A stretch of 25,982 bases of DNA from a virus (taxonomy: Duplodnaviria > Caudoviricetes): positions 1-25,982 of IMG/VR virus record IMGVR_UViG_3300029319_006404; one strand, written 5' to 3'. Below, one piece after another: positions 16,937-25,781 of this stretch (the stretch's first letter is position 1; each line of letters opens with the position of its first letter). A program made the translations under genes and the position numbers. The notes under the pieces were generated by a model, which searched no databases, was not told the origin of the DNA, and saw only the letters and a list, made by a program, of their open reading frames with translations.

Positions 16937-19258
16937 TTACGGACCTCTTCTGTTTGGTAACGCGATACCTTGAAGCATTCGATCAACATCAGACATGGCA
17001 GGAGAGATTGCGGGGGAATCCGGAGTGCTCATAGGAAGTGGCGTCATTGGTTGGCCGCTGAAAGACGCTCGCAAACGAGTTTCAATCATAACGAGCGCAT
17101 CAAGAAGTTGTTTTGTTTTCGCCAACTCGTTTTGCGCTATTGCCAACGCTCCCGCCGGGACCATTTTTGGATTATCTACTTTTTGTTGTTCTTGTTTGTA
17201 TTTTTGTTCCAAACGTTTTCTAACAGGAACCACCGCTCTCAAAGCTTGTGCGTCAGTCGTACCAGCTCCGGGCTGCAAATCGGCTACAAATTCTTCTGCG
17301 CTTTGGATAAGTGCAGCTAATGTTCTTCCATCTGATTCGTCCCTCGCGATCTGCGGCACCAACTCTTTCAACAAACCTTCTATTGCTGCCTTGTCCCGCT
17401 TAGATCGAGCACTAATCTTACTTAAATCAGCCTCAGTGCGCTCTGGAGTAAACGGTAAATTTTCTTCGACTTGCTCACCGACTCCTGTGACAAGGCGAGA
17501 TAATGCGGCAGTGGAGCCATAGACCTCTACGGGATCAAAATTTGGCTCAAAAAAAGGAACGTTGGTAGCAAGTTGCCTGTCATAGAACGATTTTAAGGTT
17601 TCCGGAGGTAACTGTTTACCCGTGCTAGCATCAAAAGTCAGCGAGCGAGCTTTTTGCAACAGCAAAGGGGGTATGCCCTCTGGGCCGATATTCGGGTCAT
17701 CAGCACGCATCACGATGGCTGCTGCTAATGCAGGGTCCATGGGCGTTGCTAGCTCAATGCCTGTGGGTGTTTGTTTGGGGTCAAACTGGTCGTTCAGACC
17801 AGCAGTGAATTTATTCAAGTTTTCTGCATCAAACGAGTCTTCTGCATAAGCCTGAAGCATTTGAGGTTGAGTAAATACGACTCCAGCGACCCCGACTTCA
17901 TTGGCGTCTAGCGGGACGTCTAGGCCAGACGAAGGCGCATCAGCGGTGGTAGTCCCCGCAGCCTGCCTTACAGGTGATCGGACACCTGTGCCTTGCGCTT
18001 CCTTAATGTCCCCTAACGCTGCCTGCGCTACAGCGGTTGACCCTTCATAGATGACAGTGCCCGCCATCGGACCTTTTGAAATAAATAGTCTAGATTGGTC
18101 TCGACCGTACTGATCTTGAAAAGGCATGACGTCGTACTCATTCGTGAATAAACGCTTTGCTTTCATTTCTTCTATCGTTAAATCTTTGACCGCCTCAAAC
18201 ATGGCTAGATTTGACGCTGCAGTGGTTTCTCTTTCCGACTTTTCAGACGCAATTGCTGACTGTAAGGCCATGGTTTTTGTCGCTTGATCCAATTTTCTTT
18301 GGTCGCGTTCAATAGCACTGAGATCACCCACGAGAGTTTCCCCTGCACTAGCGAGATTGGCTAAAAAACCAGACCCAGATATATTTCTACCTTTCGCATC
18401 ACGCCCAGAAGCAAATTGGAACCCAGCTTTTGCCAAAGCCAACCCACGATCTTTCTCTAGGTTTTCATCGGATTGAGCAATTAGGTTTTGATAAACCGGC
18501 AAATATTCGTCGTAGTATTCCTGCAAGCCAGACGTCGCGGGTACGTCCGACAAAACGCCCGTTTGCCGAGCTAACTGCTCAATTAATTGCTTTTTTGACG
18601 GGTCACCTGCCTCCGCCATATGTACTACGGGTCCGCCTGCTGCAAATTGTTGCGGCGCAGCCATGGGTTCAGGTTGTCCTTGCGCCATCAAAGCTCCAAC
18701 GCCCTGACCCATGTCGGCTTCCATTTCAGTGTCGCCAATGACTTGCGCGATTAGCCCGCCCACGCCACTGTCGATGGCACCCTCTTCCGTCATCATAATC
18801 GTCGGCTGAACCATGGTGAGAACGGACTCTGGCGTCTGCATTGCGTCTTCCTCACCCACAAAGGTAGCGAGTTCCGCGAAGCGTGCTTGCAGGGGACGTT
18901 CATTCCCACGGATGGCGTTGATAAGCTCTGCGGTATTACTCGCCATGTCGATGCCGCCCATAGTTTCGGCGAGATAATCTAGACCGATTTTTTCGCCCTC
19001 CCGTCGCGCCATCAGTACGTCTTGGGCTAGCGGGTCCATCGGCGGCTCTTGCATAGTTTGCGGAGGCATTTCGTTGGGCATCATAGCCATATCTTCAGCA
19101 GCCATCATCGGACCAATGCCGCCGCCTTCTTGCTTTTCTATGACGCCTCGCCCTATCAAAACGTCTTTCTGAGTGACTTTGCCGTCACCGCTGAGATCAG
19201 GAAATTTGTTTGCACCACCACCTCGGGCACGAAACATCGGTCTATCCATTACGTTCAT
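16937..19258 (-). CDS. Putative internal virion protein
   Basis: 773 aa with Met/Pro-rich N-terminus, xxGG motifs, a DLSGDGKVTQKD loop and a LALAKAGFQFASG segment. Coupled to its neighbours. Confidence 0.7.
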   Translation of the reverse strand: MNVMDRPMFRARGGGANKFPDLSGDGKVTQKDVLIGRGVIEKQEGGGIGPMMAAEDMAMMPNEMPPQTMQEPPMDPLAQDVLMARREGEKIGLDYLAETMGGIDMASNTAELINAIRGNERPLQARFAELATFVGEEDAMQTPESVLTMVQPTIMMTEEGAIDSGVGGLIAQVIGDTEMEADMGQGVGALMAQGQPEPMAAPQQFAAGGPVVHMAEAGDPSKKQLIEQLARQTGVLSDVPATSGLQEYYDEYLPVYQNLIAQSDENLEKDRGLALAKAGFQFASGRDAKGRNISGSGFLANLASAGETLVGDLSAIERDQRKLDQATKTMALQSAIASEKSERETTAASNLAMFEAVKDLTIEEMKAKRLFTNEYDVMPFQDQYGRDQSRLFISKGPMAGTVIYEGSTAVAQAALGDIKEAQGTGVRSPVRQAAGTTTADAPSSGLDVPLDANEVGVAGVVFTQPQMLQAYAEDSFDAENLNKFTAGLNDQFDPKQTPTGIELATPMDPALAAAIVMRADDPNIGPEGIPPLLLQKARSLTFDASTGKQLPPETLKSFYDRQLATNVPFFEPNFDPVEVYGSTAALSRLVTGVGEQVEENLPFTPERTEADLSKISARSKRDKAAIEGLLKELVPQIARDESDGRTLAALIQSAEEFVADLQPGAGTTDAQALRAVVPVRKRLEQKYKQEQQKVDNPKMVPAGALAIAQNELAKTKQLLDALVMIETRLRASFSGQPMTPLPMSTPDSPAISPAMSDVDRMLQGIALPNRRGP

Positions 19259-21057
19259 TAAAAAGCCCTCGACAGACCTGCGGCCCCTAATGCCAAGCCA
19301 CCTGCGGTTTGTGCCAAGCCGGGGGATGGCGATTGTTGTTGTAATATGGCGCTTTGTGACGACGGCAGAGCCTTTGTCATGTCGCCTAAGAAAGCGAGCT
19401 GCGCTAACGGCTGTTGGTAGGCCGCTTGCTCTGCTGCAAACTGTGCGTTAAGAACGTTCTGCGCTTGCTGTTGACCCATGGCACCGTATTGAAGCAACTG
19501 CTGGGCGTCTGCAGCCCTTTGTTGTTGCGCTTGTAGCCCCAGAGCCGCCTGCTGGCCACCAAGACTGCCTAACTGTCCCGCTAGTTGCCCACCCTGTAAC
19601 GCCAGACCAGCTATTCCTTGACCCATTGCCCCTTGTTGTTGCGCGAGGGCCGCAAGTTGATCTACGTCTCTCTGTGCCAACTGACCGAATTGCAGCCCTA
19701 ATTGACCACCCTGCTGCGCGATATTTGCACGCTGACCGGCCATTTGAGCCAGAGCCTGCTGTCCTTGCAGCCCGAGAGCGCCCCCAGCTTGTGCGCCCCT
19801 TTGTGCGAGTTCTGCTGCTGACAACCCTAGACGAGCTTGCTGTTGCGCTGTCTGGGCCGCTTGTTGTGCCAGTTGCGACTGAAGCTGCTCGGTGGAAATA
19901 CCCAGTGCCGCCGCTTGTTGCGCAAGTTGGGCTTGACTCATCTGCCCTTGTAGACCCAAAGCGCCCCCAGCTTGTGCCCCACGTTGAGCAAGCTGCTCTG
20001 CACTGAGGCCCAATTGTCCTACTTGCCCGGCGGCTCGTTGTTGTCGGCCCTTGGCTGCCTCGAATGCTGCTTGTGCTTGTTGAGCCGCCTGTTGGAAACC
20101 TTGTGAGCGTAGCTGTGCCCCGGTCCGTGCTTGCTGTTCCAAGACGTTTCGGCCTATCTCCGCTTCTTGGATTGCACCCCTCGATCCGCCAAAAGCACCC
20201 GCCGCTGCTTGCTGTGCGCGTGCTTGATTCAATTGTTTTTCGCCGAGTCGGGCTATCTCAGCCTGCTCGGCTTCGATTACCTGTCTCGTAAACGGGTCCA
20301 TGAAGGATGCAATGCCGCTGGGGTCAAACTGAGCGTCACTGCCTTGAAGCTGCCGTATCGCTTTTCGGGTGATCCCACGTGCTCGCCCGGTTGCTTCGCC
20401 TAACCCTGTTTGTGCGCCCCCTATTTGGCTGGCTATGCCTCGCTGCGCTTGACCGATGCTGCGCATGCCTCGGCCAGCAATATTTCCTGCTTGCCGCCCA
20501 GATTGTATAGCTTTCATCTGCGCTCGCCGACTCGCGGGCATCGCCTGCTGCGCTGCCTGCCGTCCTAGTTGACCGGCTCGCCCTAAACCTTGTTGCGCTG
20601 CGAATACTTGACTACCAACACCCGCGCCTGCTCTTGCTATATCAGTCGCTGCGCCAGAAAGTCCCCTGAGAGCCTGATCACGAATTTGAAACGGTGCTTG
20701 ACGCTGGGCTAATGCAAGCTGTCGCGCTTGCTCTAAGCTGGAAATACCTGCCTGTTGTTGCGCTAAAGACTCTTGCAGTAAAGGAGCAGAGCCTTGGGCG
20801 ATCATTTGTTGCGCGGCTTGGTTGGCATCCAAAGCGCCACCAAGATAGTCCTCATATCCGCCGATGCCTGACCGGATTACATCGCCTGCTGCAAGCTGTT
20901 CTGCGGTAAAACCAGCAATTCCTTGTGCAGGCGGCTGAATGCCCGCAGCTTGCAGGTCTCGTATGTATTTTTGTGCGTCTTGATACAGCCCAAGCTTATA
21001 CGCCTCTATTTCTGGCGCTTCGCGTACAATTTGTTCTTGTATGGTTGTCTCTGCCAT
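19258..21057 (-). CDS. Gln/Ala/Gly-rich putative DNA ejection (pilot-like) protein
   Basis: 599 aa with FMDPF...AGAFGGSR motif, extensive Q/A/G helical repeats and a Gly-rich hydrophobic C-terminus. Confidence 0.7.
   Translation of the reverse strand: MAETTIQEQIVREAPEIEAYKLGLYQDAQKYIRDLQAAGIQPPAQGIAGFTAEQLAAGDVIRSGIGGYEDYLGGALDANQAAQQMIAQGSAPLLQESLAQQQAGISSLEQARQLALAQRQAPFQIRDQALRGLSGAATDIARAGAGVGSQVFAAQQGLGRAGQLGRQAAQQAMPASRRAQMKAIQSGRQAGNIAGRGMRSIGQAQRGIASQIGGAQTGLGEATGRARGITRKAIRQLQGSDAQFDPSGIASFMDPFTRQVIEAEQAEIARLGEKQLNQARAQQAAAGAFGGSRGAIQEAEIGRNVLEQQARTGAQLRSQGFQQAAQQAQAAFEAAKGRQQRAAGQVGQLGLSAEQLAQRGAQAGGALGLQGQMSQAQLAQQAAALGISTEQLQSQLAQQAAQTAQQQARLGLSAAELAQRGAQAGGALGLQGQQALAQMAGQRANIAQQGGQLGLQFGQLAQRDVDQLAALAQQQGAMGQGIAGLALQGGQLAGQLGSLGGQQAALGLQAQQQRAADAQQLLQYGAMGQQQAQNVLNAQFAAEQAAYQQPLAQLAFLGDMTKALPSSQSAILQQQSPSPGLAQTAGGLALGAAGLSRAF
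19777..19977. repeat. Intragenic direct repeat, 183 nt period
   Basis: AGCGCCCCCAGCTTGTGC at 19777-19794 and 19960-19977. The protein repeats LAQRGAQAGGALGLQGQ twice. Confidence 0.85.
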
Positions 21058-23087
21058 TAGACTCTAGCCTCAAACTGACGCATCATTTTGTACATATTTC
21101 GCATGCCGTCTTCGCGGCTGCCTTTTCCTGCTCCTCGAACCGCTTTAGCGGTAAACACAAACTCACCATCGGAAAGCATTGCAGGTATGTCGTCCGACGT
21201 TTCGGTGCCGGGACCTTCGATAGGACCGTTCATGCGCGGAAAATTCATTATTTCACCACCTTCCTCAAAGCCGAAAGGTGGGGTATTGATTGGCGTGGGT
21301 CGAAAAGCAGGCGTGCCAAGCGAATCTACACCTGCCGCTCGCTCGATTGTAAATCGCGCTGGTGTATAAGTGCGGTCATCATCAAATATTCTGTAAGTTT
21401 CTGGATTTGCGCGTATCAAATCCAAACCCGTTGTTCTGTCAGTGATGTCTATAGGATCGATTTCTTCAGTGGTCAGTGCGCTCAAACCTAGAGTGGTCGC
21501 CGCAAGCGGTGCAAAACGCCTGATAAACCCGTAGTTTAATTCTTTAGTATTTTCTTTGATGAAATCGGTTATGTCTTGACCTGTGACTTTTTTACCGCCT
21601 TGCTCTAAAAATGTACGAACTTTGGTTCGGTCTATCGACGGCAAAAAGATGTCTCTAAAAGCTTGCATACGGCCCTCGCCGGTGCCTTTAATCAAGTTCC
21701 CGAAGCTTTCTCGCAATCCGGGTACTTTTTCTGCCGCAAACAAATCTTGCGCAGTCATTTTTTGTCCGGGAGCAGGAGTACTAATCGTGGTTGTACCTTT
21801 GAGCGGGTACGTCTTGTCCAATTCCGACTGTATTTCTGTATCTGTCAAAACGCCTAGACGTTCCAGTGCTCCTTTCAATTGCTGACGATTAAAAATATTC
21901 GGGTCGGTGGCTTTTAAAACTTCTGTTTGGCCAATCTTCATGCGAGCCGATGTTGCGGGGTCTATAGACTGACCAAACACCTCGTCGCTGTAGCCTAAAT
22001 CACCTAAATCACCAAGGCCCGCTAAAGGATCCGTAGCAGGTGGGGGACCCATCCCCGGAAAACTGAAAGATTCGAAATCTGTACGGGTGGCAGGTCCTTT
22101 CACGCCTGTCCTAGCATCCGCCCTCCCAATTCCGCCCGTTGGGGTCACTTGACCGGAAGCAGCGTCTGCGACCGCTGTGTCCGTGACGGCGGTGCGCGTA
22201 ACTTGTGGTGTCACGCTGCCCAGATCGGGAACGGTTACACCCTCTAAATTTTGTAATCTAGCAAGCTCTGCGGGATTTGCTTGTGCTAATTGTTGTGCGT
22301 ATGCAGGATCTACCGTTGCGGTCGATTTCGCCCCTGCGGGTGCAAGTTTGTCACTAGCGAAATCCAACGCTTTAGTCGTAGCCGCTGCTGTTGCGGCACT
22401 TGTCAAGATGTCCCGTGGCTTGCCGCCAGACAACGTTGTGTTTATAGCGGCCTCAGTCGCCATCTGCTTTGCACTGCTTGTCGCCCAACCTTGTGCATCT
22501 CCAATTCTCCCTGCTGCAAAACTGGATATGCCGCCTATGGCGGCTGCTTTCAGACCATCTTTGAAGCTACCGCCTTGGATAATAGCACTGGCCCCATCGA
22601 CAATTGCTGACGCAGCCACTGGACCTACGATAGGCGTCAAGAGAACCTTTGCCACGACCGGCAAAACTTTTTTTACAACTTTTTTCAAGCCCCTGAAAAG
22701 TTTCTTCAGAAAAAACTCGGGCTGACCAGTGATCGGGTTGATTGAGTTCAGTTCGTTACCGACTATGTAACGCTCTGGCTCAATGCCCATAATCCGCATT
22801 TCTGCGAAAAGCTTGTCTTTCAGGGCAGGGTTTTGCTTGAAGACTTCCATCGGTATGACAGTCTCGCCTTCAGCGGCATGCACCATATACTCGTCTTCGT
22901 TGCGGCCATATTCAGCTAGCTTGTCAGCTATTTTTACAACGTTGGTAATGCCTTTGGGCGGCACCTCATCATCGTCATCGGCCCAAGAGCCAGTTTCCGC
23001 CGTCAAAAAGGTAGCAATACCCCCTTCTGGTATAGGAACCTGATCGAGTTCATCGAAGTCGTCGTATTTAAGTGCAGCTTGTCCCAT
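21057..23087 (-). CDS. Putative internal virion / ejection protein
   Basis: 676 aa. N-terminal INPITGQPEFF is followed by a cationic amphipathic helix and Gly/Ala-rich segments. C-terminal GPGTETSDDIPAMLSDGEFV is a motif common in phage virion proteins. Confidence 0.72.
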   Translation of the reverse strand: MGQAALKYDDFDELDQVPIPEGGIATFLTAETGSWADDDDEVPPKGITNVVKIADKLAEYGRNEDEYMVHAAEGETVIPMEVFKQNPALKDKLFAEMRIMGIEPERYIVGNELNSINPITGQPEFFLKKLFRGLKKVVKKVLPVVAKVLLTPIVGPVAASAIVDGASAIIQGGSFKDGLKAAAIGGISSFAAGRIGDAQGWATSSAKQMATEAAINTTLSGGKPRDILTSAATAAATTKALDFASDKLAPAGAKSTATVDPAYAQQLAQANPAELARLQNLEGVTVPDLGSVTPQVTRTAVTDTAVADAASGQVTPTGGIGRADARTGVKGPATRTDFESFSFPGMGPPPATDPLAGLGDLGDLGYSDEVFGQSIDPATSARMKIGQTEVLKATDPNIFNRQQLKGALERLGVLTDTEIQSELDKTYPLKGTTTISTPAPGQKMTAQDLFAAEKVPGLRESFGNLIKGTGEGRMQAFRDIFLPSIDRTKVRTFLEQGGKKVTGQDITDFIKENTKELNYGFIRRFAPLAATTLGLSALTTEEIDPIDITDRTTGLDLIRANPETYRIFDDDRTYTPARFTIERAAGVDSLGTPAFRPTPINTPPFGFEEGGEIMNFPRMNGPIEGPGTETSDDIPAMLSDGEFVFTAKAVRGAGKGSREDGMRNMYKMMRQFEARV

Positions 23088-23125
23088 GTCCCGAGTATAC
23101 GCCTTTTTTATTTGCTAAAACTAAT

Positions 23126-23470
23126 TCAACCGCTGATATTCACTACGATAGATCCGTTTGTTATGACTTGCACGGCTCCCACTTCGCCTACGGCCTCTAG
23201 CTTAGAAACTGTGAAAGGCACAGGGTCCGATAGGTTCAACCACTCATTGCCTGTGTATAACTGTAACCGTCCCACCGAAGGGTTCCAAATCAAAGCCCCT
23301 GCGTCAAATTTAAGTTCGTCTCTGTCTTTTGTGGTGAACTGTGGTGTCGCATCTGGATCGAAAGCATCTAAACTGATCTCCAGCAATCGCACCGTGCGGT
23401 TGAAAGTACCACCGTCAACAGGATCACCGTTCGGTACGAAGGGTAATCTGCCTTGCAGTAGCTTGCTCAT
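23126..23470 (-). CDS. Small virion/tail-associated protein
   Basis: 114 aa with GALIWNPSVGRLQLYTGNEW motif. ATGA overlap with the tail hub gene. Confidence 0.7.
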   Translation of the reverse strand: MSKLLQGRLPFVPNGDPVDGGTFNRTVRLLEISLDAFDPDATPQFTTKDRDELKFDAGALIWNPSVGRLQLYTGNEWLNLSDPVPFTVSKLEAVGEVGAVQVITNGSIVVNISG

Positions 23471-25362
23471 CTTCGCCCGTTCGGTTGTAAGTCCAGTCTC
23501 GTTCCACCAATACGGAACCCTACGCCTGTTCTAACGCCAACATCTCCGTCATCGTCGGATTCAAAACGCACTACCGCCTGTCTGCCGCGAGCACGAGTGT
23601 CAATCTTCGTTGTGCTGGCCGTGAAAGACGTCGTTTGGTCCGTGGTCAGTGAGTCGCCGGGAAAGTTACGCGCTTTGATCACTAGATTGATTTGTTGCGT
23701 GCTGCCAGAATCGCCTGTGAATTTGACGTCTGGGATGCATCGTCTAATAAACTGAAACTGGTCTCCGTCGCCAAGGTCAAAGTCGGCGCTTTCAATGAAC
23801 ACGTTGTCCATCGGTGACCCGTCGTCATCAAACCCTGTCTCGTGAGAAAAAATGTAGCTTGTGTCGCTAGATTTGCCTGCGGCTCTGGGAAAACTTTCCA
23901 AGCCTTCATCCAGCCAAGCAGTGCGTGAAAGATTGCCAATTGCCCAAGTGCGCTCGACGTAGTTGTAGGTGACGTATCGATCAATCACGGTGTTTGTGCC
24001 AGAACAATAAAACCAACCAACCTCATCAAATTGCTTGTTAAGAAACCCAAAAAATTGAAACGATTGTCCTTCGTTTATATCGTCGAAAACGTAAGAGCGA
24101 ACGCTGCAGGGCACGGGCGTCACACTACCTTGGTATTGGTAAAAACCTTTTTTGTCCATCCAAAACACGCCAGCAGGAGTGTTAACAGCCGCGTTTGGGC
24201 CAACTAAGCTGACGCCTTCGTTGATGAGATTCAGGCCAAATGTCAAAGGCGGCCCGATGAATTGTAGGCTGTAAAGTGCCACGTCAGTCCAGATGAGGGT
24301 CTCTTGTCTAGCTCGAAGGCCGCCAATGATCTGTGATCCAGCAGAGCAGCGAAGAGAACCGGCTGTATTTGTGGACGTCGGGAACCACTCTGCGGGGTTT
24401 TCTTGGTCCGAAAATGCGACAAGTAACGGATCGGATTGGCCTGTCCTTGCCGTCGCTGTGGCATTTATTGGGTCTGCTCCCAGCGCGATAACATGACGAT
24501 CCACGTCAGAGACAAGTACTTGTAGAGCAACCGTCGGCGTAAAATTAGCGCCAGACAAGTCAGCAATATCTACTGCTCGATCAGTTTCCAAATTTTTGAC
24601 ACTCGTGTCCCAGTAATAAATTCTTCCTGCGCGCACATTCGCAATCAGGTCTTCGCCAAAACTGTCCAAAGACCAAAGGCGTAATTGATTCAAAGAACTT
24701 AACGGACTAGAAGAACCCCACGTCCCGGCACCCCACGTCCCGGCACCCCAACCTGTGCCATCAACGAAAACGTCCAAACCTACGTTAATTTGATATGCAC
24801 CGACTACAGAGCTACCCCCGTTGCCAGAATCACTACTGTTCGCTGTAACTGTAACGCCCGAGGTGTCTTTCGCTGTGATTACATACACACTGGTGCTAGT
24901 CACGGAGTCGATCTTATATTCTTGATTAAGCACGGCAGCGGTGACGTTCCCACCGAGTGATGAAGCGCCACTAAAAGTAACAAAATCGTTCTGCTGTGCC
25001 CCATGAGCCGTGTCTGTGACAGTAATGGAGCTAGAACCGTTGGTTGCTGCAAAGGTTACGTCCCCCGCAGAAGTGGTAGAGCGTAGGGGTGTGATATCGT
25101 TGAAATTTGCGCCAGACTGTATGTAAAGTTTTGAAGTTGTGCCTAAACCCAAAAGTTTGGTGCCTTCAATTGACGTCCAACCCAGAAGTTTTCTACCGGT
25201 CCCCACAAAAGACGCTTGCAGGAATTTAACCCAACCACCTATTTTTTCCGGCAAACCTTTTCTGAAACGAACTAAATTTCCATCAAACCATCCACCTTCA
25301 GCCGTATAATCGGTGCCCTCTTTGTTGATACCGGGATTGAAGATGAATTTTTGAAGAGGCAT
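23467..25362 (-). CDS. Tail hub / packaged DNA stabilization protein (P22 gp10-like beta-propeller)
   Basis: Start MPLQKFIFNPGINKEGT at 25362 (TGATG overlap with the lysozyme stop). Contains NLVRFRKGLPEKIGGW, FSDQEN, EVGWFY and RARGRQ, and is beta-rich. Confidence 0.75.
   Translation of the reverse strand: MPLQKFIFNPGINKEGTDYTAEGGWFDGNLVRFRKGLPEKIGGWVKFLQASFVGTGRKLLGWTSIEGTKLLGLGTTSKLYIQSGANFNDITPLRSTTSAGDVTFAATNGSSSITVTDTAHGAQQNDFVTFSGASSLGGNVTAAVLNQEYKIDSVTSTSVYVITAKDTSGVTVTANSSDSGNGGSSVVGAYQINVGLDVFVDGTGWGAGTWGAGTWGSSSPLSSLNQLRLWSLDSFGEDLIANVRAGRIYYWDTSVKNLETDRAVDIADLSGANFTPTVALQVLVSDVDRHVIALGADPINATATARTGQSDPLLVAFSDQENPAEWFPTSTNTAGSLRCSAGSQIIGGLRARQETLIWTDVALYSLQFIGPPLTFGLNLINEGVSLVGPNAAVNTPAGVFWMDKKGFYQYQGSVTPVPCSVRSYVFDDINEGQSFQFFGFLNKQFDEVGWFYCSGTNTVIDRYVTYNYVERTWAIGNLSRTAWLDEGLESFPRAAGKSSDTSYIFSHETGFDDDGSPMDNVFIESADFDLGDGDQFQFIRRCIPDVKFTGDSGSTQQINLVIKARNFPGDSLTTDQTTSFTASTTKIDTRARGRQAVVRFESDDDGDVGVRTGVGFRIGGTRLDLQPNGRR
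24715..24750. repeat. Perfect 15-nt tandem repeat (2.4 copies) encoding GWGAGTWGAGTWG
   Basis: ACCCCACGTCCCGGC twice followed by ACCCCA. Confidence 0.9.
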
Positions 25363-25781
25363 CAGATGTACTCGCCTGCACGTATCATTTCCGTAACACG
25401 AATAGCTCTTGTGCCAACTTGCTGCGCCCACTTGCTATCCATGAACTCATCTGCCGCAACATCGAACTGCTCCCTGCTCATGGCAGTTAAAGCGTTAACG
25501 AACCCGCGCAGTTTGGTAAGACCAAGATTAAAACAAATATCGACCATCGCATCGCGCCTAGCCTCGTTAAGTCCGCCAAACCAGAAGTAAGTGTCTTGTA
25601 ACTCTTCTGTCACCCGCTTGATATCGTTCGCCAAAAGATAGTCTATTTCGTCGTCAGAAAGCCCTAAGCCAGACTCCGAGATGTTCCTTCCAACGCCTAT
25701 GGTTTCGTAACCGGCAGAGCACAAGTAAACCTTCGACTTCACACCCTCATGGCGCTTGATCATTTCTACTAGCTTACTCAT
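25362..25781 (-). CDS. Endolysin, T4-lysozyme-like GH24 muramidase
   Basis: HEGVKSKVYLCSAGYETIGVGRN (E-x8-C-x5-T), plus FNLG, AADEFMDSKWAQQVGTRA. Confidence 0.92.
   Translation of the reverse strand: MSKLVEMIKRHEGVKSKVYLCSAGYETIGVGRNISESGLGLSDDEIDYLLANDIKRVTEELQDTYFWFGGLNEARRDAMVDICFNLGLTKLRGFVNALTAMSREQFDVAADEFMDSKWAQQVGTRAIRVTEMIRAGEYI

Noticed and set aside
16044-22725. Long plus-strand ORFs (16044-16670, 16995-17522, 20925-21491, 22177-22725)
   Set aside because: These are antisense shadows of large virion genes, with no recognisable motifs or RBSs.
25363-25431. Extended N-terminus of the tail hub ORF
   Set aside because: It overlaps the lysozyme. The TGATG coupling at 25362 is the more plausible start.
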